This document shows positions 36,743 to 45,438 of a stretch of 64,000 nucleotides of DNA, piece by piece; position 1 is the first letter of the stretch, and every line of letters begins with the position of its first letter. The notes beneath the pieces are model-generated. The model worked only from the letters and a program-made list of their open reading frames with translations, was not told the origin of the DNA and searched no databases. This DNA comes from a virus. The stretch is taken from positions 2,771 through 66,770 of IMG/VR virus record IMGVR_UViG_3300014656_000002. One strand, given 5' to 3'. A program made the translations under genes and the position numbers.

Positions 36743-37831
36743 TTAGTCGGGCGTGTAGGTCGTGGTGCTATTGCTGTAGTACCAAGCCCGGTCGTCAACG
36801 AAACCGACGCCGAAGGTGCCACGCACCAGATACTCGATCACATCCAGATTCAGCCACGCGTTGTTGTCAGGGATGGCCGTCTGCTGGTACACATTGAACG
36901 GCTCGACTTCCTGGTACACGAGACTCATAACGCGGCTATCGCACAGCGCCCACTGGAAGCTTGCCCCGAACCACGGGCTGACCACGATCTTGGTGATCAT
37001 GCCCTGGTAAGGATTGTACGTGCCGCCGCCGCGCTCTTCCGCCGTGTTATTGGCCGAGGCGCGCTGGAGGTCGTTGCTCAGGAAGAACTGCTTCGCACCG
37101 GGCATCAGGCGCGGGCCACAGATGAAGGTGTCCGCGTTGTAACCCAGGTACGCACCGCTCTTGCGGTCCTTGGCGGTCGCAATCGTGGTCAGCGCAGTGT
37201 CCAGCCCGGTCGGGCCAAACGTGGTCGTACCATAATTCGCACCAATGTCGTTGTCGTTGGTCGTGCTGTTGCGCGTGAAGTTGCCCGTGGTGGTGATGTA
37301 GCTGTACACCGCGTTCTCTTCGGTCATACGCGCGGAACGACCCATCTCATCCGCCAACTGGCGAATCTTGCCGATCTGGTCGTAGCGGATCATATCGCCC
37401 GTAATCTCAGCCACGTAGCGCTTGAGATCGTTCTTGATGATCGCCCCGCCCTCAAAGCTGGAGGTGGCGCGAGGGGCAGGCGTTCCGCTAGGCGCGTTCG
37501 GAATCACGCCGATGCCAGCCGCGCGCAGGTACTCTTCCTGCTCGCGGGTGCTGTTCATCATCGTGACAAAGCTCTCGAACGTCCGGGCGTTGTTCGCATA
37601 GGCGCTAAACGCCAGATAGCGCACGTCGCGCCGGAAGATTTCAGCCGAGTCCGGGTTGGTCAGCACGGCCTCGTGCAGTGGCAGCGACGCCTTCTTGCCG
37701 CCCACGAGTTCGACTTCACACAGTTCCTTGAATGCGTCCTGAGGTGCAATGGTGTTCTCTTCAATCCGCGTTTCCTTGTGATTGACGAGTTCGCCCCGGT
37801 CGTTCCGCTGGAGGTCGATCACTGTAGTCAT
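36743..37831 (-). CDS. major capsid protein (Mu gpT-like HK97 fold)
   Basis: MIRYDQIG..RQLADEMGRSARMTEE; NPYQG..IVVSPW; FGVGFVDDR. Confidence 0.85.
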   Translation of the reverse strand: MTTVIDLQRNDRGELVNHKETRIEENTIAPQDAFKELCEVELVGGKKASLPLHEAVLTNPDSAEIFRRDVRYLAFSAYANNARTFESFVTMMNSTREQEEYLRAAGIGVIPNAPSGTPAPRATSSFEGGAIIKNDLKRYVAEITGDMIRYDQIGKIRQLADEMGRSARMTEENAVYSYITTTGNFTRNSTTNDNDIGANYGTTTFGPTGLDTALTTIATAKDRKSGAYLGYNADTFICGPRLMPGAKQFFLSNDLQRASANNTAEERGGGTYNPYQGMITKIVVSPWFGASFQWALCDSRVMSLVYQEVEPFNVYQQTAIPDNNAWLNLDVIEYLVRGTFGVGFVDDRAWYYSNSTTTYTPD

Positions 37832-37843
37832 TGGTATCGCCCC

Positions 37844-38374
37844 TTAACCGTAGTACCCGTTGAGGGTAGCCGGTGCCAGCAGCACGTCATACTGCGCGGT
37901 CTGTCCGCCTGCCATATGAACACCGACGATCTTGCCAACCGGCGAGGCAACCGTGCCCGTCGGGTTAGCCGAGATGGCGGCGGGTTCAATCGCGGACCAC
38001 GTTGCGCCCAGCCCGGTCAGGCCGGTCGGCGCAGCCACGCCGCTGCCCGTGGTCAGGGGAAACACCGGGAGGCCCAACTGCGCCGACCCAGAGATCGCCC
38101 CGCTCACACGGATGATGCCCTGCGTTAGAATCTTGAGGCCAGTGTTAATGGCCGTGCGTCCTGCCTGGTCGTAGATCGGGCTGGATTCGAGCGCGACGCC
38201 CGCCCCAGAGGCTTTCCACCATGCGGAGAAGCCACTGTAGGACGCGCAAACGCGGTGCCCCGAATACATAACCCAGTCACCCACATTCACCACGCCAGTT
38301 GCCTGGGCGGTGATAATGGAGATGTCCGACTTAAAAAGCAGGTCCGGCACAGCGCTAACGGCTGTCACAGACAT
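37844..38374 (-). CDS. capsid decoration/cement protein
   Basis: between scaffold and MCP; VGDWV...GVALE...VG pattern. Confidence 0.65.
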   Translation of the reverse strand: MSVTAVSAVPDLLFKSDISIITAQATGVVNVGDWVMYSGHRVCASYSGFSAWWKASGAGVALESSPIYDQAGRTAINTGLKILTQGIIRVSGAISGSAQLGLPVFPLTTGSGVAAPTGLTGLGATWSAIEPAAISANPTGTVASPVGKIVGVHMAGGQTAQYDVLLAPATLNGYYG

Positions 38375-38377
38375 GAG

Positions 38378-39550
38378 TTATCTCCTGTTTCGTTCTTGCC
38401 AAGCCTTCACGTCCTCATCATCGCGCGGGCGCACATCGGCTACCTCAGGCAGCGCGGGCGGTAATTTCACCGCTGGCATCTGCTGAGGCTCCGTGCCGCC
38501 CACGCGCTCAACGACGCGCGACTTGGTCACGTCTCTAGACTTAGAAATCTCGTCTTCCAGAATGCCGTCCCACTGTGTCAGGTCGGCCTCCGTTAGACGT
38601 TTGCGCAGACTGGTTTCCCACTTGGAAGGCAGGTTGGCCTTCCGCAGCATCTGCTCTATTCCAAGATTACGCCTTGCCTCGAATAACGCAGCGTTCGCCT
38701 CATCGGCCACCCGCTGCGCTTCCGCCAGCAGACTCGCGTCCTGGTCAGCATGTGCAGTCAACTTAGTCTGTGCTTCCTCTAGCGCTTGTTCCGCGCTCTT
38801 AAGCGCCTCGCGTAGCTGGTCAGCCTCGGCTTCCGCCGCCTTAACCGCTTCCGTTTGGCGCACAACCTGCCATTCTTTCTTGAGTTGTTCCACATACCCT
38901 GGCTGAGCCTCGCGCCACTCGTCAAACGAGAGCGCGCCCAACAGCCCCGCCGTCAATTCATCCCCCGCGCTGGCCGCCAGATACATACCCCCGGCGGCGG
39001 GCGTGGTCACATCATCCACGCTGATCGCGGCGGTGATGCTCTCGACTTCAAGCGCCTCGCCATCGTCATAGGCTTTCTTGGAGCCGACACCCGCCGCGCG
39101 AATGGACAGCCCGGCCAGTGACTTGGGCGCACGCCCGGTCACAATGTCTTCGGCCAGCGCCCACACGTCCTGCCCGGCTTGGGTGCGCGAGAACACACGA
39201 TCTCCGCGTAGCGCCCCCTCGGCATAGTGGACGTTCTCATACCAGCCCGTAAGATCGCGCACGCTGCGCTCTGGCATATTCTTGCTGTCCGTCTTGCCAG
39301 GATGATCCGCGTAGGCTTTCGCGCCCTCGAAGATCGTTTGCGCATCTTGCAACACCTTGTCCGAGTAGAAGCGCCGATTAGCGCTCATCCCCGCACGAAT
39401 AAGCACCACGCCCCGAATCACGCGGGCTTCGGTGTCGGCAACGGCCTCGCTCAGGTCCAGCGCTTCGGCAAACACGAGCGCGTGACCCACGGGCGCGGCA
39501 ATCTCGGTCACTTCCTGCTTAGTTCCAGAATTCGGCGTCTGTTTCTTCAT
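38378..39550 (-). CDS. prohead protease-scaffold fusion
   Basis: SANRRFY, YADHP, GLSI, SVDDVTTPAAGG, then coiled coil. Confidence 0.85.
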   Translation of the reverse strand: MKKQTPNSGTKQEVTEIAAPVGHALVFAEALDLSEAVADTEARVIRGVVLIRAGMSANRRFYSDKVLQDAQTIFEGAKAYADHPGKTDSKNMPERSVRDLTGWYENVHYAEGALRGDRVFSRTQAGQDVWALAEDIVTGRAPKSLAGLSIRAAGVGSKKAYDDGEALEVESITAAISVDDVTTPAAGGMYLAASAGDELTAGLLGALSFDEWREAQPGYVEQLKKEWQVVRQTEAVKAAEAEADQLREALKSAEQALEEAQTKLTAHADQDASLLAEAQRVADEANAALFEARRNLGIEQMLRKANLPSKWETSLRKRLTEADLTQWDGILEDEISKSRDVTKSRVVERVGGTEPQQMPAVKLPPALPEVADVRPRDDEDVKAWQERNRR

Positions 39551-41675
39551 CCCACCACCAATCGCTTTCCGTGCCTACCGCTATAGCCGTTCCCGTTTCA
39601 AATTGGCTCAAGAGTTGCAATACACCCAGCGCCCCGGCGAAATCCCAAAACGTCTCGCGCGGGCCACTGTCCCTCGATAAGGCCGGTAAATCATAAAGGT
39701 CCTTCACCCACGGGATCAACGCACATCGGCAGTTCTTGACAATAACACCATTGCAGGTGTATAATTGATAGGGTTCAACTTGGAGGTCATACACATGTCC
39801 ACTGAAATCGAAATCCCTAACCTGAACGATCTCATCACTCGTTATGAGTCCGGCGAATCGCTCCCCAAACTGGCGCGCGAGGCTGGCGTCGATTACAAGG
39901 TTCTGTGGAGACGCCTTCGCGCCCTCGGTGTGGAAATCAGAGACAGGCGCATTGATATCCCGGACATTGACGCCCTGATTGTTCGCTACCTTGCCGGAGA
40001 GTCCGAGCAATCCATCGCCAAAGATGCTGGCATAGGACGGGGCGTATTTCGTCGTCGCCTTCTCGAACAAGGGATTCAGCCCAGAAACATATCTGACAGC
40101 ATGTATATCCGCTGGCAAAACGCTACCCCCGAACAAGGTTCCAAGATGCTTGAAGCTGCCCACGAGGCTTGCCGGGGCCGCGTTCGCTCCCTCGAAGAAC
40201 TCGCCAAGGCCGCTCTCAGCCGCGAGGCCAAGTGCCTGCATGCCTCCCCTGTCGAGCGCCGACTTGCCCGCTGGCTCCGTAAACGCGGGGTAGATGTCGT
40301 CCAGCAAAAGGCCGTCCACATTTACAACCTCGACATCGCCGTCAATGAACCGCCCATCGCCATAGAAATCTTCGGCGGAAACTTTCACTCGTCCGGGAAC
40401 CACCGCGCTAGATTCCACAAACGCACTAAATACCTCCTCGATCATGGCTGGTCGGTACTTATCATCTGGGTTGACGGCAGAAACTACCCGCTCGACATCA
40501 ATGGCGCGAAGCACGTGCTGTCCTACATTCAAGAGCTTCGCGAAAACCCACCCACCCGGAGTCAGTATCGGGTGATTCGGGGTAACGGTGATCTTGCGCC
40601 CATCAGCAAAACTAATTTCAACAGCAGGGCCGACATAAAGCGACTTGGTTGCTCCAACTAACTTGCCGGGAAGCCCGACCTCGTTGCCCGGAAGAATACA
40701 ATTCGGGTGGGTATCCACCACCGGGCGCGGGATCATCATGTCATCAATCGCCCACTGCTGCCCGTCCAGCGCCCGGCACTCAGGGCACGCGCCCACCCTG
40801 GACGCGCTCCACTCGACCCCCTGCAACACGTCCGCATTGTTGCGGTACAACTCCAAGGCCCCGGCGTTGCTGGCCTCGACAATGTAGGAACGCGTGAGCG
40901 TCTGCACCTTGTTGAAATTGGCCCGATAGCTGCCCGCCCGTGGTCCCGGTGTACCCATGCGCGCCACGCGCCCCTGATAGGCCGTCAGGCGGCGGTCCGT
41001 TGTAACCCCCAACACACTGGCCACCCCGCGCATGGCTTGCGGGATGCTATGCCCCTGGGCCAGCGAGGCGTTCAGGCTGCGCATGATGCCGCTTACGACC
41101 GCCGTCTGTTGGTTGCCATACTCCGCCTGCCATTGTTTGCCCAGTAGGTCGTACACCATCTGCCACTGTTGCTGTTCACGCGGGCCGCCCTCTTTGAGCG
41201 TTGGGATCGTCACCTGTTCGGCGGCGCGTTCCGGGTCCGGCGTCGGCACGCTGATCGGGGCCTCCGGCGCGCTGGCTTCGTTGACTACCCAGGCTCGCCC
41301 GTAATACCCCACGTGATAGGCCAGCATGGCCGAGCGAAACGCTTGCTCCGCCAGGGCGTCGTACATTCGCGGCGTGTCCTGGGAGACTGCCGCCACAAGC
41401 GCACGCTGCCAGCGCACGCCTGCCCCCGTGGGTTCTAGCTTGCCTACCCCGTAATGTGTCGCCAACGAGGCCGCGTGCTGGTTCAGGCGCTTGTACAGGG
41501 CGCGAAACACCTGATACTGAACCCCAACCGCCCGATCTTCCCAGTCGTATAACCGCCGCTGGATGAACGTCTCCGCCACCAGGGGCGGTTGCTTGCCCCC
41601 GAACGTGTTGGCAGGCAACAACGGCTTGCCGTCTACATTCAGGATGCGGGCGATCTGGCGCTTGGTGTAGGTCAC
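39519..41675 (-). CDS. Mu gpF/SPP1 gp7-like head morphogenesis protein interrupted by an intein
   Basis: CPECRALDG...THPN[intein]CRC; lies between portal and protease. Confidence 0.9.
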   Translation of the reverse strand: MTYTKRQIARILNVDGKPLLPANTFGGKQPPLVAETFIQRRLYDWEDRAVGVQYQVFRALYKRLNQHAASLATHYGVGKLEPTGAGVRWQRALVAAVSQDTPRMYDALAEQAFRSAMLAYHVGYYGRAWVVNEASAPEAPISVPTPDPERAAEQVTIPTLKEGGPREQQQWQMVYDLLGKQWQAEYGNQQTAVVSGIMRSLNASLAQGHSIPQAMRGVASVLGVTTDRRLTAYQGRVARMGTPGPRAGSYRANFNKVQTLTRSYIVEASNAGALELYRNNADVLQGVEWSASRVGACPECRALDGQQWAIDDMMIPRPVVDTHPNCILPGNEVGLPGKLVGATKSLYVGPAVEISFADGRKITVTPNHPILTPGGWVFAKLLNVGQHVLRAIDVERVVSAVNPDDKYRPAMIEEVFSAFVESSAVVPGRVKVSAEDFYGDGRFIDGDVEVVNVDGLLLDDIYPAFTEPAGKSALDRGGMQALGLAAESGLGEFFEGANAAPASLVGSFKHLGTLFGGSVLPADIHAVRYVSGLNPLFEKATTKYAPSYASIFGDGLLGLSGKVANNQGVNVRDINAPVSDFHTEGAKASPQNLVIDASLARQFGERFAGLITSDEIVQVRDFDFSGHVYDLQVEPYQLYTCNGVIVKNCRCALIPWVKDLYDLPALSRDSGPRETFWDFAGALGVLQLLSQFETGTAIAVGTESDWWWDEETDAEFWN
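39736..39797 (+). promoter_or_regulatory. consensus sigma70 promoter, RBS and start codon inside the intein 3' end
   Basis: TTGACA 39736-41, 18-nt spacer, TATAAT 39760-65, GGAGGT 39782-87, ATG 39795. Confidence 0.85.
39795..40661 (+). CDS. HTH-repeat + Vsr/DUF559-like endonuclease nested antisense within the intein
   Basis: two HTH repeats (RYESGESLPKLAREAGV / RYLAGESEQSIAKDAGI); SPVERRL...YNLDIA...IAIEIFGGNFH...L...GWSVLIIW. Confidence 0.88.
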   Translation: MSTEIEIPNLNDLITRYESGESLPKLAREAGVDYKVLWRRLRALGVEIRDRRIDIPDIDALIVRYLAGESEQSIAKDAGIGRGVFRRRLLEQGIQPRNISDSMYIRWQNATPEQGSKMLEAAHEACRGRVRSLEELAKAALSREAKCLHASPVERRLARWLRKRGVDVVQQKAVHIYNLDIAVNEPPIAIEIFGGNFHSSGNHRARFHKRTKYLLDHGWSVLIIWVDGRNYPLDINGAKHVLSYIQELRENPPTRSQYRVIRGNGDLAPISKTNFNSRADIKRLGCSN

Positions 41676-43330
41676 TGCGCGTTCCGCTCCCGCCGCAACT
41701 GCTGCTGGGCTTGCGCCAGCTCAGGAGGCGTCACGTCCGGCGCGCTGTCCGCCTGCCCGTTGCCATTGTCCTGGGCGGGCAACCCCTCCGGTCGTTGGGT
41801 GGGTGGCGGTGGCAAAGTGCCATCGCGCACGTCGTTGGCAATAGCCTGTTCCTCCATCGCCATAAGCCGCTGCTCTTTCTGGTAGTCGTACCCACGTTCG
41901 GCGGCCGCCGTCTGGCGGCTCACAAGCTCATTCGCCAAGTCCATCGTGATGGCGTTAGCAATATTCACCGGGTCGCTGGATGACAGCGGCTCGTAGCTCA
42001 CCTCGAAGGCTTTACTAGCCTCCACCGTGCGCGGCTGCTGTTTGTAGTCCTGCATTACCTCGCCGTCGCTGTCGTGCATGGGCAACTCGCTCGCCAGCAG
42101 CCCGTCTTCCACCAGCGCCTCAATCACGCGCTTAAAGAGCGGCGTCAACACGCGTTCGATCATGATCTGCTGGAAGTCCTGGAACTTGGTTAGCGCCGGG
42201 AGTTCCTGCGACGTGCTAGAGGCCAGGTTGGCGTTCGCCCCGTCCGCAAAGAAATACTCAGGCAGGCGCAGCCCGGCGGCAATCGCCAGCTTCATCTGCC
42301 GCCCGTCTTCGCCCGCGTCGCTGCCGTTGACGCTGTTCTGAACCGCGTTGATCTCTTCCTTGTCCGAGCCGACGTAGATCGATCCCGGCGTGGGCGGCTT
42401 CTTCCAGCGCGCAGCAATCGTGGTTAGCGCCGCCGCGCTGGTCGTCACGACCTTGACCCACCACAGTAACGCCCCGCGCCAATAGTTCTGCCGGGCGCGG
42501 TCTTCCAGCCACTCGCGCCACGCCCGCAGCCAGGGCAGCACCACGAACAACTCAGGCCGTCCGCGCAATTCATACGCGTGTTTGTTGATCGGCACAAACA
42601 GGATGTCTTCGGCGGCGATGTCCTCTGCCTCGGCCATCATCCCGCCGTCTTGATTGCGGAACTTGAAACAGAACTTGACCGGCCTGCCATTCTCGGTTTC
42701 GATCTTCTCAAGCTCCCACGGGCGCAGGGGCAACACCGCCATGTCCGCCCCCTGCCCTTCCAGCCGCGCCACGATCTCGCCGTCCACCTGCAAGTCTTTC
42801 AGCCAACTCTTCTCAAGCTGGCGCAGGTCGCTGTTTTCGATGAATGCCTCAAGCGCCGCTTCCACGGCCTTGTTGTGGAACGTGACATTGAACCCGTCGC
42901 CCACCACAAAGCCCACCGTGTAATCCACGGCCGCCTTGGCAAGCGGGTGGCGCTGGTAGGCCGCGTGACAATTGGAAAGCACCTGCTCGCGGGTGGCGTT
43001 GTTCCACTCGCACAGAGGATCGTCGGCGGCGGGCGGGATCGCCATGTCCCAGGCCGACCGGTTGGGCGCGTCGAACTGGAAGCGCATCGTGGTGCGCGCG
43101 TCCACCTCGGCCAGATATTTAGTCACCTGATCTTCGGACATCTCGGCGCGCATGTACCCAGGCAGCAACACGGGCATGTCATACCACGCCCCGTCGCGAA
43201 TGCCGCGCGGGTTAGCGTCAGCCACGAGGTGTCCCTGTGGCACCACGTCCTGCGCCCCACGCATAGCCCAGGTTAGGAGCGCGCGTTGCGCCCGGTTGAC
43301 CTGTCGCTTAACGTAACCAGTAAGTCCCAT
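41672..43330 (-). CDS. portal protein
   Basis: HPLAKAAVDY..FVVGDG, DGEI, RGRPEL, GLRLPEYF...ANLAS; follows terminase. Confidence 0.85.
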   Translation of the reverse strand: MGLTGYVKRQVNRAQRALLTWAMRGAQDVVPQGHLVADANPRGIRDGAWYDMPVLLPGYMRAEMSEDQVTKYLAEVDARTTMRFQFDAPNRSAWDMAIPPAADDPLCEWNNATREQVLSNCHAAYQRHPLAKAAVDYTVGFVVGDGFNVTFHNKAVEAALEAFIENSDLRQLEKSWLKDLQVDGEIVARLEGQGADMAVLPLRPWELEKIETENGRPVKFCFKFRNQDGGMMAEAEDIAAEDILFVPINKHAYELRGRPELFVVLPWLRAWREWLEDRARQNYWRGALLWWVKVVTTSAAALTTIAARWKKPPTPGSIYVGSDKEEINAVQNSVNGSDAGEDGRQMKLAIAAGLRLPEYFFADGANANLASSTSQELPALTKFQDFQQIMIERVLTPLFKRVIEALVEDGLLASELPMHDSDGEVMQDYKQQPRTVEASKAFEVSYEPLSSSDPVNIANAITMDLANELVSRQTAAAERGYDYQKEQRLMAMEEQAIANDVRDGTLPPPPTQRPEGLPAQDNGNGQADSAPDVTPPELAQAQQQLRRERNAQ

Positions 43331-43533
43331 CCTGCCGTCTGATCCTTGATAAAGTCGGGTCGTTTGTCCCAGTCGCCTACGTCATACCCGCCGCCGTCCG
43401 GTATCTGGCGTCGGTCCCGGTCGCCGTCGTACATCATCACGCCGGGCGCAATATCCACCCCAACGCCCGCATCGTCCGCCTCACGTTGCAACAGCGCCAG
43501 CAGGCGCAGGGCCGCTTTACTCAGTGCTTGCAT
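43273..43533 (-). CDS. hypothetical protein
   Basis: TAATG coupling to terL; fills the gap to the portal gene. Confidence 0.45.
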   Translation of the reverse strand: MQALSKAALRLLALLQREADDAGVGVDIAPGVMMYDGDRDRRQIPDGGGYDVGDWDKRPDFIKDQTAGWDLLVTLSDRSTGRNARS

Positions 43534-44978
43534 TAGTACGCCCCCACCAGCGCGCCCACGTTGCTGGCCTCGACCATGCCGCCCGCCAGCACAATACCCT
43601 CATCTAACATTGCATAACCCCCGCTGGACGAGTCCACCCAGTCATCGTCACTAGAATTGGGCTTGAATGCGGCGTGCTGGTCAATCCAGGGCCATGTCCA
43701 AGGGCCTTCCAATACGTCTACCTGCTTGGCTCCCACCCGCGCCGCAAAAGGCAGCGCACGGGTAAACTTGTCTGTCTCAGCGGGATAGCCAAAAACTGCG
43801 AAATGATGCATGCGCGGGTCTTTCAAGAGTTCCTGAATTGCCCGTGACATGTAGCCCTGTTTTTCAATACCAATCAAAACTTCAGGCCCGTCTTCTATCG
43901 CCGTCTCAATGAGATATTCCGGCACATCGTCCCATTCAAGCTGGGCACGTCTAGCCTCACAAATCTTAATCCGGCCATCCCCGCCCATCCCCATGAGCGT
44001 GCTCGCCGTAAAGTCGGCGTGTGTCTTGCTGCTCATGGCAAGGTCCCAATAACGCACCTTCTGTTTGATCGCTCCGAGTAAAGGTGTAATGTTAAAGTTG
44101 TCTCGCTTGAACAGCCCGCCCTCTGAGGGTGTTGGGTTCTGCTGATATAGCGCCGACCATACATATTTCCCGACCGTTTCCGCAATCTTCCGTAAGACCT
44201 TCAGAGGATAACGGAAAGTCCACAGCGCCTCGCCAATCTTGCGCCCTAGCAGATCGCCTTCCTCCGCAATGGCTGGCATCCGCAGCCGAACCCATTCGCC
44301 GGGTTCGCGGGCCAATAAACGCCCTATTAAGTCGTCCTGATGCCAGCGAGTCATCGTCACGACAATCGCCCCGCCCGGCTCTAGGCGGGTATACAGGTCA
44401 TTGATAAAGGCTTCCCAGATATTTTCGCGGTACGTGTCGCTTTCAGCCTCGGCCCGATTCTTGATAGGGTCATCAATAATCAAGACATGCGCGCCCTTGC
44501 CCGTTGCGCCGCCAGTGATACCCATCGCATCACAGCCGCCCTCGTGATCCGCGATGTCCCAGGCGTCAGCCGCGGCGCTGTCCTCGGAGAGTGTCAGGCC
44601 AAAGGTGGCCCGGTAACGCGGAGCGCGCATCAAGTTGCGCGCCATGCGGCTGTTCTTGTGCGCCAGGGTCGCCCCATAGCTGACCAGCATCACGCGATGC
44701 TCCGGGTTGCGCCCCAGATGCCACGTTGGAAACAGGCGGCTAACTGTAAGCGTCTTGCCGTGTCTCGGCGGCATCTCTACGATGAGCCGCCCGATGCCTT
44801 CCGCGCCGCCTGTTTCTACGTAGCGCGTTACCTGTTGCAGCGCCTCGTCTAGCACGGCCAGATGCGGCCCGTGTTCGTAGCGCTTGTACATCATCCGCTT
44901 GTATGCAGTGAAGTCCTCACGCGTGCGCCTGCGCAACAGTTCCTCGGCCGCAAGACGCTGGGTGGGCGTGTACGTCAT
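43533..44978 (-). CDS. terL: terminase large subunit
   Basis: MPPRHGKT Walker A, LIIDDP Walker B, TRWH, YQQNP, WDLA, DDWVDS. Confidence 0.95.
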   Translation of the reverse strand: MTYTPTQRLAAEELLRRRTREDFTAYKRMMYKRYEHGPHLAVLDEALQQVTRYVETGGAEGIGRLIVEMPPRHGKTLTVSRLFPTWHLGRNPEHRVMLVSYGATLAHKNSRMARNLMRAPRYRATFGLTLSEDSAAADAWDIADHEGGCDAMGITGGATGKGAHVLIIDDPIKNRAEAESDTYRENIWEAFINDLYTRLEPGGAIVVTMTRWHQDDLIGRLLAREPGEWVRLRMPAIAEEGDLLGRKIGEALWTFRYPLKVLRKIAETVGKYVWSALYQQNPTPSEGGLFKRDNFNITPLLGAIKQKVRYWDLAMSSKTHADFTASTLMGMGGDGRIKICEARRAQLEWDDVPEYLIETAIEDGPEVLIGIEKQGYMSRAIQELLKDPRMHHFAVFGYPAETDKFTRALPFAARVGAKQVDVLEGPWTWPWIDQHAAFKPNSSDDDWVDSSSGGYAMLDEGIVLAGGMVEASNVGALVGAY

Positions 44979-45433
44979 TGCAGCAACCGCTCCAACTCGC
45001 CGTCACTCATATCCGTGAAGCGGTGCGTCACCTCTTGCTGAATCGGCCCCCCGTCCGCGCCCGTGACCTCGGCCTTCGACGGCGAGTCCGTGCCCATCAT
45101 GGCCCGAATATCACTAATGCACCGCCGCACGAGTTCCAGGTTCTTGGCGTTCCACGCCGCCAGCTTCAATTCCTCAAGCTCGGCCAGCGCCTTGCTCTTG
45201 TACGCGATGGTCTTCTTTTGCGCCGAACGCTTCCAGCGCGCATTGAGCGCCTTGATGTCCGCGTTGACCGTACCCAGGCTCCAAGGCTCCCCCGTCTCCG
45301 GGTTGCGAAAGCCTTTATCCGGGCTAGAGAGTGCCACGACGATCTGGCGCTGGGTCAGCCCGCGCAGGCGCATCGAAGCCACCAACTCGCGTCGGCGGTC
45401 AATGATGTCCTGCTGACTGTTGTTCAGCGCCAT
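44975..45433 (-). CDS. terS: terminase small subunit
   Basis: N-terminal HTH; EVTGADGGPI; DMSDGEL; directly upstream of terL. Confidence 0.8.
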   Translation of the reverse strand: MALNNSQQDIIDRRRELVASMRLRGLTQRQIVVALSSPDKGFRNPETGEPWSLGTVNADIKALNARWKRSAQKKTIAYKSKALAELEELKLAAWNAKNLELVRRCISDIRAMMGTDSPSKAEVTGADGGPIQQEVTHRFTDMSDGELERLLQ

Positions 45434-45438
45434 AATGT

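Larger units (their letters stand above)
39732..40700 (-). mobile_element. intein, 323 aa (C1...K-N / C+1)
   Basis: block A CILPGNEV; block B ITVTPNHPILT..GW; block F HVYDLQV; block G NGVIVKN/C; removal restores HPNCRC. Confidence 0.92.

Noticed and set aside
43533-44978. Second intein in terminase or helicase
   Set aside because: Lengths are normal and no splicing motifs are present.
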